Positions 18,858-27,914 of a DNA stretch of 64,000 bases are shown here, in pieces; the stretch's first letter is position 1; every line of letters starts with the position of its first letter. Below the pieces are notes generated by a model that worked only from the letters and a program-made list of their open reading frames with translations, searched no databases and was not told the DNA's origin. Made by a program: the position numbers and the translations under genes. Origin of the DNA: Longimicrobiales bacterium (GTDB taxonomy: Bacteria; Gemmatimonadota; Gemmatimonadetes; Longimicrobiales; Gaopeijiaceae); assembly GCA_965211645.1 (NCBI GenBank), contig OZ242947.1:2459864-2523863 (forward strand), given 5' to 3'.

Positions 18858-19061
18858 TCACGCCTCTGTATTGGAGTGGTACGAAGGGTCCGATCTGTTT
18901 AGTCCGGTCGGTCGACCTGTATTTGACTTGCGGTTGCATCCAGCGGGACTCGTCCAATCCCCCTCCACACTTGGGTCCGCGGCCACACGCCCCGTCGCCT
19001 CCGGGTTCCATGGCTCGCCCAGGTAGGCGGCGCAGAGCACCAGACACGAGACGGCGACCAC
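18858..19061 (-). CDS. possible small exported protein upstream of the thioredoxin gene (weak call)
   Basis: GTG-initiated 67-codon ORF with hydrophobic N-terminus VAVSCLVLCAAYLG, ending 37 nt before the TlpA-like start. No other support. Confidence 0.2.
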   Translation of the reverse strand: MVAVSCLVLCAAYLGEPWNPEATGRVAADPSVEGDWTSPAGCNRKSNTGRPTGLNRSDPSYHSNTEA

Positions 19062-19102
19062 CGCTTTCGGCAGCGGTACGCAGGGCGTCCGTCACGGCCG
19101 TT

Positions 19103-19415
19103 CTAGCGCGACTGTTCGATCAGCTCGGCGAGTTGTTTCTCGTTCGCCTATCCGACGTGCTCCCCGAGCCGGTTAGAGATCGTCGTGGTTTCGGTCACCC
19201 GGAGCGCCTCTCCGAATCTCGTGTCTTCCTCCAGGCTTTCGTCCCGCTGCTTCCGCTCCTGAGGCAGCGTTCGGACGCAACCAGGTCGTCCACGCCGGCT
19301 TTCTCGGCGAGCGTCCTCCAATCTCCGGTGTCCCGCCACTGCATCGACTCGAAGAGAAGCGAGTGTAAATGTGGGAAGCGTCCCTGCTCCTCCGCGCAGA
19401 TCGCCGCGCGCGCGG
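19103..19415 (-). pseudogene. DsbA-like (Thioredoxin_4-type) gene remnant with a frameshift and an internal stop
   Basis: Two frames read AAICAEEQGRFPHLHSLLFESMQWRDTGDWRTLAEKAGVDDLVASERCL and then ...EALRVTETTTISNRLGEHVG*ANEKQLAELIEQSR*. The N-terminal CxxC part is missing. Confidence 0.45.
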
Positions 19416-19420
19416 CGGGC

Positions 19421-19600
19421 TCAGGACGACTTGACCGCCACGAAGTGCACGGGTCGGATCCTACGCCGCCTCCGTGATCGCCTCCGCGTCGGTCGCGTCA
19501 TTCTTGCCCCAGTCGACGAACGGCTTCGCGTAGATCGCGGGAACCAGAATCGAAAGCGAGTCGCCCGGGCTACACGATTGGCGATCCCTGTCGACAGGCG
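19421..19600 (-). mobile_element. IS110-family transposase N-terminal remnant (frameshifted)
   Basis: SILVPAIYAKPFVDWGKNDATDAEAITEAA* then, after a frameshift, RPVHFVAVKSS*. This matches the conserved IS110 block (P..VKPF....KND..DAEAI.EA..RP.MRFV.VKS). Confidence 0.5.
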
Positions 19601-19640
19601 CTGTCTGGCCCACGCCTCCTGCTCGTATCTTTGATGCCTG

Positions 19641-21419
19641 ATGACGTTCGACATCCTATTCGTGCTCGGCCTGACCCTGGCGGCGCTCGTCCTGTTCGCC
19701 CTCGACCGGATCCGGGTGGACCAGGTCGCCATCGCGGTCCCGGTCGTGCTCCTCCTGAGCGGCATACTCTCGCCGGCCGAAGCGGTATCGGGTCTGTCCA
19801 GCCGCGCGACCGTGACGGTCGGCTCGATGCTCGTGCTGGGTCTGGGGCTTCGCAAGACCGGTCTCGTGGCCGCCATCGGGGCGTGGGCGCGCACCGCTCC
19901 CCTTGGCGGCAAGTACGCGCGCATGTTCGCGCTCTGCCTGATCTGCGCGCTCCTTTCCCCCTTTCTGATGACCACCGCCGTCGTGCTGGTTTTCATGCCC
20001 GTGTTCCTCGCGCTCGCCGAGCAGGCCGAGGAGCCGGCCTCCAGGTATCTCATGCCGCTCTCCTTCGTCTCGATTCTCGGGGGCACGGTCACGCTGATGG
20101 GCACCACCACCAACCTGGTCGTGCACGGCGAGGCGATGCGGCGGGGGTTCGACGCACTCGGCATGTTCTCGATCACCCCGCTGGGGCTGATCAGTCTGGC
20201 CGTGGGTTTGCTGTATCTGTTCACCGTCGGCCGCGTGCTGCTGCCACGGCGCTTCCGGCCCCCGGACCTGTCCGCCAAGTACGACGTCCGCCGCTTCGTC
20301 ACGGAACTGCACGTCCCGGAGGACTCGCCCGCGAACGGCCGCTCGCTGGCCCAGCTGAGGTGGGGCGAACGCTATGGCGTCACCGTGCTGGACATCGAAC
20401 GCGGCGACCAGGAGATCACGGCGCCGCATGGAGACCGCTATATAAGGCCGGGCGACATCCTGTACGTGCAGGGGCCCGCCGGGCGCCTCCTCGAGCTTGC
20501 GCGCCGCCAGCGGCTCGAGACTCCTGGGGAACAAAGGGAGCATGAGCTGGACCAGGCGGACGGGCGCGGCAGGCTGGTCGAGATCCTCGTGGCGCCGGGC
20601 TCGAATCTCGTAGGCCGGACGCTCCGCGACCTGAACTTCGCACAGCGCTTCGATGCGACGGTGATCGCCATCCAGCAGCACGGCGTCACCGTACAGGAAA
20701 GGCTGGCAGCAATCTCGTTTCGCGTCGGCGATCTTCTGCTCGTGCGCGGAACGACGACCGCGCTCCAGCGGCTCGCCGACGATCCCGGCTTCGTCCCGCT
20801 GGCGGAAGTGAAGGCCGACACGGGGAACAGACCGCGAGCCGGCGTCGCCGCGGCGATCATGGCCGGCGTCGTGCTCAGCGCCAGCTTCGGTGTCCTCGAC
20901 ATCATGACGGCCGCGCTCACCGGCGTGATCCTGATGGTGTTCACGCGCTGCGTGCACATCGAGGAGATCTACGGGGAGGTGGAATGGCTGGTCATCTTCG
21001 TGCTTGCGGGCCTCATCCCGCTCGGCCTGGCGCTCGAGACCACGGGGGCGGCGGAGCTGCTCGCGGGTTGGGTGGTAACCCTCTCGTCGCCGCTGGGAGA
21101 GATCGGGCTGATCGCGGCCTTCTATCTGCTGACCGCGGTGATGACCGCCGTCGTGTCCAACGCCGCGACGGCCGTGATGCTCACCCCGGTCGCGATCCTG
21201 GCGGCCACGCAGGGCGGCGTGAACCCGTACGCGCTGCTCATCGCCGTCATGTTCGGGGCCTCGGCCTCCTTCGTCACGCCCTTCGGCTATCAGACCAACG
21301 TCATGATCTACGGGCCCGGCGGGTACCGGTTCATGGACTTCGTGAAGGTGGGGGGCCTGCTCAACCTCATCCTGCTGGTTACGGCCACGCTCTTCATTCC
21401 CCTCTTCTGGCCCAGTTAG
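19641..21419 (+). CDS. SLC13/DASS-type permease with two central TrkA-C (RCK_C) domains
   Basis: 592 aa. N- and C-terminal multi-TM halves flank two units of about 70 aa of the type L.E..V...S.L.G.TL..L......G..VL.I.R. Confidence 0.8.
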   Translation: MTFDILFVLGLTLAALVLFALDRIRVDQVAIAVPVVLLLSGILSPAEAVSGLSSRATVTVGSMLVLGLGLRKTGLVAAIGAWARTAPLGGKYARMFALCLICALLSPFLMTTAVVLVFMPVFLALAEQAEEPASRYLMPLSFVSILGGTVTLMGTTTNLVVHGEAMRRGFDALGMFSITPLGLISLAVGLLYLFTVGRVLLPRRFRPPDLSAKYDVRRFVTELHVPEDSPANGRSLAQLRWGERYGVTVLDIERGDQEITAPHGDRYIRPGDILYVQGPAGRLLELARRQRLETPGEQREHELDQADGRGRLVEILVAPGSNLVGRTLRDLNFAQRFDATVIAIQQHGVTVQERLAAISFRVGDLLLVRGTTTALQRLADDPGFVPLAEVKADTGNRPRAGVAAAIMAGVVLSASFGVLDIMTAALTGVILMVFTRCVHIEEIYGEVEWLVIFVLAGLIPLGLALETTGAAELLAGWVVTLSSPLGEIGLIAAFYLLTAVMTAVVSNAATAVMLTPVAILAATQGGVNPYALLIAVMFGASASFVTPFGYQTNVMIYGPGGYRFMDFVKVGGLLNLILLVTATLFIPLFWPS

Positions 21420-21438
21420 TGCAGCGCGGGAGACCCAG

Positions 21439-23787
21439 GTGCTGACATTGGAACTCGTCCTCGTTCTGGCGGTTCTGGTGGTGGACATCGTCCTCTTCAT
21501 GCACGGGCGACTCCGGATGGACCTGGTCGCGCTCCTCACGCTCGTGTTCCTTGCCGTGACCGGGCTCATCGAACCGGCCGAGGCGCTCGCCGGGTTCTCC
21601 AATCCGGCCGTCGTGACCGTCTGGGCGGTCTTCGTGCTGAGCGGGGGACTCTCGCACACCGGCATCGCCAACCTGGTCGGCCGGCAGGTCATACGCTTTG
21701 CGGGCGAAAGCGAGACCCGCATCATCCTGGTCATCATGGTGACCGCCGGCCTGGCGTCCGCCTTCATGAACAACGTGGGCGTGGCCGCGATCCTCCTGCC
21801 CGTCATCATGGATCTCTCGAGAGAGACCCGAATCCCGCCCTCCAGGCTTCTTCTGCCGCTCGCGTACGCGTGCCTCCTGGGTGGATTGACGACCCTCATC
21901 GGCACCCCGCCCAACATTCTGGTCGCAGAGGCACTCCGGAACGAGGGTCTCGAGCCGTTCGGACTCTTCGACTATTCGCCGGTAGGACTGGTCGTGATGG
22001 CGGCGGGCTTCGTCTTCATCCTCCTGGCCGTCCCCAGGCTGTTGCCGAAGCGCCGCATCGGGGTCGACGGCCCCGGCGGAGGCGATGAACGAGTGCTGCC
22101 GGACGTCTACGGTCTGAACGAGCGGTTCATCATCCTTAGACTGCCGGAAGCCTCGCCCCTCGCAGGAAAGAGCCTCGGTGAAATCCGGCTCGGGTCCGTG
22201 GCCGGACTACAGGCGATTACCGTCATCCGTGACGGGCGGCCCCGACCCTCCCCCGGCCCGGACTTCCGTCTCCGGGCGGGAGACCGCATCGTCGCTCAGG
22301 GGCCGGTGGACCGGCTGGACCAGCTGCGGGAGAGCTCCGCACTCGATATCGAGGAAGCGGGGATGGGCGTAAGGGTGCTGGACTCTCCCGAATTCGAGAT
22401 CGCGGAGGTGGGGGTACCCGGCGGCTCCGAGCTGACCGGGCGGACGCTCCGCGACGTGGACTTCGCCGCCCGTTTCGGGGTTCGCGTAATGTCGATCCGG
22501 CGCGACGGGAAGACCCTGCCGGCTCCCCTGCAGGATGTGCCCCTACAGCCCGCCGACACGCTGCTGGTGCAGGGCCCACCGGACAAGGTCGAGGACCTGG
22601 GCGCGCATGAGGAACTGACCGTCGCCCCGGCCGACCACATCGACCTCTACAGCCTGCAGGACGAACTGTTTGCGGTTCGCGTGCCCCGCGACTCATTCCT
22701 GGCGGGCCAGACGCTCAAGGAGTGCGGATTGGGCGCCGCTCTGGGGTTGTGGGTGATCAGCATCCTTCGCGAGGGTCGGAAGCTCGAGATGCCGGGGCCC
22801 GGCGAGCGCCTGCAGGCGGGGGACCTGCTGGTTGTGAGGGGCCGGCCTGAAGGGTTGTCCGCGCTGAAGGGGATTCGAGAGCTCGAGGTCGAGGGCAGGG
22901 GGACAGGGGAGAGCCCCACTCTCGAAACCGAGCACATCGGGATCGCCGAGGTCGTCCTCTCACCCCACACGAGGCTCGTAGGGCAGACCCTCCGCCAGCT
23001 CAGCTTTCGCAGGAAGTACGGGCTGATGGTGCTCGCGATCTGGCGCGAGGGGCGGCCCCATCGAACCGGACTCCGCGACCTGCCGCTCCGCTCCGGTGAC
23101 GCGCTGCTCGTTCACGGCCCCCGCGAGAACCTCCGCGTCCTCGCCTCGGATCCGAACTTCCTCGTTCTGACCGAGGGTGTGCAGACGCCGCCCCGGCGTC
23201 GCAAGGCGCCGGTCGCGGCCCTGATCCTGGGCGTCACGCTGGGGCCCGTCCTGCTCGGGTTGCTGCCGATCTCCATCGCAGCCGTGGGAGGCGCCGCCCT
23301 CATGGTCCTATCCGGGTGTCTGACCATGGAGGAGGCCTACCGGTCCATCGAGTGGCAGGCCGTCTTCCTGATCGCCGGCATGCTCCCCCTGGGCGTGGCG
23401 CTGCAGGACGCGGGCGCTTCGGCGCTCCTCGCGCAGGCCGTTGTGGGGACGGTCGGGGACTTCGGGCCCCTCGCCGCCATGGGCGCCCTGTTCCTTGTTA
23501 CCTCTTTGGCGACTCAGGTCATCCCGACGGCGGCCCTCGTGGTCCTCATGTCCCCCATCGTGCTCGGCACCGCGGAGAGCCTGGGCATCTCCCCCTACCC
23601 CCTGATGATGGCTACGGCGATGGCCGCATCGGCAAGCTTCGCCAGCCCCGTCTCCCACCCGGCGAACGTTCTCGTCATGGGGCCCGGCGGCTACCGGTTC
23701 ACCGACTACCTGCGCGTGGGCCTGCCCCTGACCGCTGTCGTGTTCGCGGTGGTCATGCTCGTGGTCCCGGTCTTCTGGCCCTTCTGA
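21439..23787 (+). CDS. SLC13/DASS-type permease paralog with four TrkA-C domains
   Basis: GTG start 19 nt after the previous stop. 782 aa. Four RCK_C-like repeats lie between the transporter halves. Confidence 0.8.
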   Translation: MLTLELVLVLAVLVVDIVLFMHGRLRMDLVALLTLVFLAVTGLIEPAEALAGFSNPAVVTVWAVFVLSGGLSHTGIANLVGRQVIRFAGESETRIILVIMVTAGLASAFMNNVGVAAILLPVIMDLSRETRIPPSRLLLPLAYACLLGGLTTLIGTPPNILVAEALRNEGLEPFGLFDYSPVGLVVMAAGFVFILLAVPRLLPKRRIGVDGPGGGDERVLPDVYGLNERFIILRLPEASPLAGKSLGEIRLGSVAGLQAITVIRDGRPRPSPGPDFRLRAGDRIVAQGPVDRLDQLRESSALDIEEAGMGVRVLDSPEFEIAEVGVPGGSELTGRTLRDVDFAARFGVRVMSIRRDGKTLPAPLQDVPLQPADTLLVQGPPDKVEDLGAHEELTVAPADHIDLYSLQDELFAVRVPRDSFLAGQTLKECGLGAALGLWVISILREGRKLEMPGPGERLQAGDLLVVRGRPEGLSALKGIRELEVEGRGTGESPTLETEHIGIAEVVLSPHTRLVGQTLRQLSFRRKYGLMVLAIWREGRPHRTGLRDLPLRSGDALLVHGPRENLRVLASDPNFLVLTEGVQTPPRRRKAPVAALILGVTLGPVLLGLLPISIAAVGGAALMVLSGCLTMEEAYRSIEWQAVFLIAGMLPLGVALQDAGASALLAQAVVGTVGDFGPLAAMGALFLVTSLATQVIPTAALVVLMSPIVLGTAESLGISPYPLMMATAMAASASFASPVSHPANVLVMGPGGYRFTDYLRVGLPLTAVVFAVVMLVVPVFWPF

Positions 23788-23810
23788 GACGACGGTGAAG
23801 GGTGTCCCGG

Positions 23811-24311
23811 CTAGTCGGCAGGATCCTCGGAGAACGGCGCAGCGCCCACCGGATCCGTCTCCGCTGCCCCTTCCCTCACCAGCTGCGGGCCTGACGGATC
23901 CCCGACGATCTTGAACGGCACCTGGTGATAGCCGCGTGTGATGCGGTAGATGCCGAAGTGCTTGTGGTCCAGCGTAAAGACCTTGTCGGTGCCCACTTGT
24001 TCCGCAGCGGCGACGATGGAGGCGTCGGCGAAGTCCATCGGAATGTCCGCGTAGCGCTGCATCAGCTCGAAGCAGCGGTTGAGGCCTTTGCGCTCCAGCG
24101 AAACAACGGCAGCGCCACCGTCGCGAATGAAATCGATCAGGCCCGAGACACGGTGCGTCAAGGGTCGCAGGAGGTGAAGCGCTTCGGTGAGGACCGGAAG
24201 TGTTGTCGCCATTCGGTCGTCCAGTCGACTCAGGATCCGCCGACAACCTGCGTGGCTTTGGTCAGTCGCATCGAACAAGCCCACGAGTGGCCCGGTATCG
24301 ACCAGAATCAT
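23811..24311 (-). CDS. vapC: PIN-domain toxin VapC
   Basis: MILVDTGPLVGLFD N-terminus, DASIVAAAE, TLD. ATGA overlap with the upstream RHH gene. Confidence 0.8.
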   Translation of the reverse strand: MILVDTGPLVGLFDATDQSHAGCRRILSRLDDRMATTLPVLTEALHLLRPLTHRVSGLIDFIRDGGAAVVSLERKGLNRCFELMQRYADIPMDFADASIVAAAEQVGTDKVFTLDHKHFGIYRITRGYHQVPFKIVGDPSGPQLVREGAAETDPVGAAPFSEDPAD

Positions 24312-24571
24312 CGTCCGTGTTTCTTTCGGATGATCTCGGCCACCGCCTCCTTGGCCTTCGCGGCAGGTGCGAGGGCCCTCTCTCCTTCCCTCGGAAGCCC
24401 AAGGCTCTTGTACACCTCGTAGGGACGCCTCGTGATGTCCGAGTCCAGCTCCCGTTCATAGGCACGCAAGCCTCGCCTCATCACCTCTGAAATCGACTGC
24501 CCCGTCCGCCGCTGCAGGTCAGCCAGCGTCGCCTCGGAGGCGTCGTCCATTCTTACCGTTCGCGTGCTCAT
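24308..24571 (-). CDS. ribbon-helix-helix (CopG-like) antitoxin
   Basis: AGGAGG lies before ATG 24571. MSTRTVRMDDASEATLADLQRRTGQSISEVMRRGL is a typical RHH. Confidence 0.65.
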   Translation of the reverse strand: MSTRTVRMDDASEATLADLQRRTGQSISEVMRRGLRAYERELDSDITRRPYEVYKSLGLPREGERALAPAAKAKEAVAEIIRKKHGR

Positions 24572-24727
24572 TCCATCCTCCTCTCGGGCAGGCATTATAG
24601 TGTATTGCAATCATAATACACAAGAGAGCGATGGCCATCAGACCACTCCGGTGAACTCCCCCGATCGACCCCGGCGACCCGGCCGCAGGTTGCGCCGTCC
24701 GCCCGCATCGCCCGAGGTTGCCACCCC

Positions 24728-24994
24728 ATGAAATCCTTCTTCCCGATGGTACGCCGCGAGGGCGCCACGCTCGTGTTCCTCATCGCCTTCGCCGCGTTCG
24801 CGTTCATCCCCGCCTGGCGCACCATCGAGATCGGCGGCATGGCCCTGTTCGGATGGCTGATCGCAGCGCTGATGCTGATCTCCCCGGCGATCACCCTCGT
24901 CATCTTCACGCGGCGACCCCGGGGCGGCCGCGCTGCGAATGCGGCCCGCGCAGATGATACCGCCGGTGCCGAGCGGGACAGCGACTCACCCTGA
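24728..24994 (+). CDS. small 2-TM membrane protein (DUF3311-like) paired with an SSS transporter
   Basis: 88 aa, two hydrophobic helices. Its stop shares one nucleotide with the SSS start (TGATG). Confidence 0.55.
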   Translation: MKSFFPMVRREGATLVFLIAFAAFAFIPAWRTIEIGGMALFGWLIAALMLISPAITLVIFTRRPRGGRAANAARADDTAGAERDSDSP

Positions 24995-26427
24995 TGCTCC
25001 TCGAGCGCATCCTCGTCGGCGTCTACCTGGCCGCCTGCATCGGGATCGGCATCTGGGCGTCGAGGAAGGCCCTGGGCTCCGGCAGCGAGTACTGGGTCGC
25101 GGGGCGGCGCATCGGCACGGTCGTCAACTCGATGGCGATCATGGCGGCCCTGGCCAGCGGCGGCTCGATCATCGGCGTCATGGGGCTGGCGTATGCCCAG
25201 GGCATCCCGGCCACACTCGCTCTCTTCGGCGGCGCGGTCGTCGGCTTCCCGCTCGCGTCCATCCTCGTCGCCCGGCCGCTCCGCAACTTCGGCAAGTTCA
25301 CGATCACCGACTTCCTGGGCTTTCGCTACCCGCACGCGCTGGTCCGCTACCTGGTCCCGATCCTAATCGTCATCGCCTTTACCATCTACATCGTCGCGCA
25401 GCTCAAGGCGGCCGGCATCGCCGCGGAAGCGCTGCTCGGCATCCCCTACAACACGGCCCTGGCAATCGCCACCGTCGTGTTCATCGTGTACGTCTCCTTC
25501 GGCGGCATGGTCGCGATCACCTGGACCGACGTGATCCAGGGGTTCCTCATGGTGCTGGTCGTCGTGGGCACGGCCGCCGTACTGATCTGGCGGGTGGGAT
25601 CTCCCTTCGAGATCATGACCCAGGCCACCGCCGTCGCCCCCGAACTCGGGCAGGTCGCCCACCGGCCCGTGTCCAGCTACCTCGGCTACTTCGTGATCTG
25701 GGCCACGGCGATCCCCGTCATCCCGCACATCGTCATGCGCGTCTTCACCGCGCGCGACGCCGACAGCGCACGCATGTCCCTCAACCTGTCCATGCTCGTC
25801 TACAGCGTGATGATCCTCGCCGCGGTCCTCGCGATCGTACCGGTCGGCCGGATCGACTTCCCCGGCCTGCAGGACGCCGACGAACTGTTCCTGCGCGTCA
25901 TGGAAACCCAGTTCCCGCCCCTGATTCGCGGGATCGCCGTGGCGGCCGTACTCGCCGCCGTCATGTCCACCACCGACGCACTCCTCCTCGCCTGCAGCTC
26001 GGCCATCGCACACGACATCCTCGGCGGCGCCATGCGGGGCCGCGCCAGCGAACGCACCCTCGCCCTCGTGCGCATCGTCTCCACCTGGGTGATCGGGATC
26101 GCGGCGCTCGCGTGGGCGTTCTCCCCACCCGAGCTGATCACCGAGTTCTACACGGCGGGCGTCGGCGTGCTCAGCTCCAGCCTCTTCGTCCCCACCATCG
26201 CCGGCCTCTGGTGGAAGCGGGCCAATCTCGCCGGCGGCGTCGGAGCCATCGTTTCGGGCGCGACCGTCTACATGGTCGTTCAGCTCGGCCTCATCGACAT
26301 CGGCCTGGCACCGGTAGTCATCGCACTCTCGGCCAGCGCCACGGCCATGGTCCTGGGTGGGCTGTTCGGCCCGCAGGAATCCCACGAGATGGTCGAGCGG
26401 ATCGAAGCGCTGCACGGCCAGGGCTGA
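24994..26427 (+). CDS. sodium:solute symporter family transporter
   Basis: 477 aa, about 13 TMs, SSS N-terminal pattern (YWVAGRRIG...NSMAIMAALASGGS). Confidence 0.85.
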   Translation: MLLERILVGVYLAACIGIGIWASRKALGSGSEYWVAGRRIGTVVNSMAIMAALASGGSIIGVMGLAYAQGIPATLALFGGAVVGFPLASILVARPLRNFGKFTITDFLGFRYPHALVRYLVPILIVIAFTIYIVAQLKAAGIAAEALLGIPYNTALAIATVVFIVYVSFGGMVAITWTDVIQGFLMVLVVVGTAAVLIWRVGSPFEIMTQATAVAPELGQVAHRPVSSYLGYFVIWATAIPVIPHIVMRVFTARDADSARMSLNLSMLVYSVMILAAVLAIVPVGRIDFPGLQDADELFLRVMETQFPPLIRGIAVAAVLAAVMSTTDALLLACSSAIAHDILGGAMRGRASERTLALVRIVSTWVIGIAALAWAFSPPELITEFYTAGVGVLSSSLFVPTIAGLWWKRANLAGGVGAIVSGATVYMVVQLGLIDIGLAPVVIALSASATAMVLGGLFGPQESHEMVERIEALHGQG

Positions 26428-26591
26428 CGCGCGCAAGTCCCGCCGGTCGCTTTGGCAGCGTTTTAGCGGGAAGTGAAGGAAGGGCGAAAATGACAACTTA
26501 AGTTGACATCTTGTAAAGCGCGGTGTATATGTCGGCCCGGCAGAGAGGGGAGTGTGGCGCCCCGACGGAAGAGGCGAATTGATCCTGCACA

Positions 26592-27815
26592 ATGACTCCG
26601 GATAGATCTTTCACGGTCGGGGCCTGTCTGGAGGAGCAACCCATCAACCGTCGCGACTTCGTTCGCCGTGCGGGCGGTCTGGCGGGCCTTGGCCTGATCT
26701 CATGCGCGAGCCCGGTCGAGCCGGAAGACTCCCCCGGAGCGCTCGTCCCCACCGGCCAGCCACTGCGGATTGTCGTGGTCGGCGCCGGCATGTCGGGTCT
26801 GGTCGCGGCCTACGAGCTCTCCCGCGCGGGGCACGAGGTGACCGTGCTCGAAGCGCGTGCGCGTGTGGGCGGGCGGGTCCTCACCGTGCGCTCCCCGTTC
26901 GCGTCCGGACACTTCGCCGAGGCAGGAGCGGCGCGCATCCCCCCGGAGCATGACCTCGTCCTGGGATACGCCCGCCACTTCGGACTGGAGACGGACCGCT
27001 TCTACCCGGACGACGGGCTCTTCCTCCGCTTCGAAGACGGCGCGCGGACGACGGTGCCGCCGAGTTCCTTCCTGTCGGAATGGCCCGGTTTCGTGAAGAT
27101 CAGGGGCGGGAGCGACCGTTTGCCCGCTGCTCTCGCGGCAGAACTGGGCAGCCGGGTGGTGACGGCATCGCCCGTGACCGAGATCGTGGCCGGGCACGCG
27201 GTGCGCACGAGCACCGCCGACGGCCGCAACTACGAATCGGACCGGGTTCTGGTGACCGTGCCGGTGCCTCTTCTCTCCGACATCCGGTTTTCGCCGGCCC
27301 TTTCGCCCGCCAAGACCGAGGCGATGAACGGCGGCTTCCGCTACCAGAGCGCCACGCGCGTGTTCGTCCGGTTCCGGATGCCGTTCTGGGAGGCCGAAGG
27401 ACTGAACGGCTGGGGGACGACCGACTGGCCGGAAGAGCTCTGGCATCCCACCTGGGACGCGCCGGGGCCGGAGGGCGTCCTGCTTACGTAGGTGCGCGGC
27501 GCCCTTGCGGAAGAAATCGACGCGCTCGACGAAGACGGCCGCGTGGCCCGTGTGGTCGCCCACTGGGAGGAGTTCCTGCCGGGTGTGGCCGACCACGTCT
27601 CGGGCGGCACCTCATACTCGTGGCAGCGGGACCCCTGGAGCCGCGCTGCCTGGGCGGATCCGACGCCGCGGGAGGACAGCGAACTCGGAAGGGCACTCGC
27701 CCGGCCTGAAGGACCGCTTCACTTTGCGGGCGAGCATGTCTCTGGAGCCCGGGGATGGATGAACGGGGCAATCGAGTCAGGGCTGCGGGCCGCCGAGGAG
27801 ATCCACCGAGGCTGA
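26592..27815 (+). pseudogene. Tat-exported flavin amine oxidase interrupted by an in-frame TAG (27489..27491)
   Basis: RRDFVRRAGGLAGLG Tat signal. VVVGAGMSGLVAAYEL...VTVLEARARVGGR FAD motif. Listed ORFs 26592..27491 and 27492..27815 share one frame (GVLLT*VRGALAEE). The C-terminus FAGEH.S...GWMNGAIESG completes the fold. Confidence 0.75.
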
Positions 27816-27914
27816 GCGGGCGGTGCCGCGAATACGGCCCGACCCTCGCCACCGCGCGCCCGACACCGTACCATGCGTTCAGCTTTCAGCCATCGACAGT
27901 CCGGAGGAAGAACC

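Noticed and set aside
18695-19477. 260-aa plus-strand ORF across the region upstream of the thioredoxin gene
   Set aside because: The composition is Pro/Ser/Arg-rich. It lies antisense to the DsbA-like and IS110 remnants, which give recognisable motifs on the other strand.
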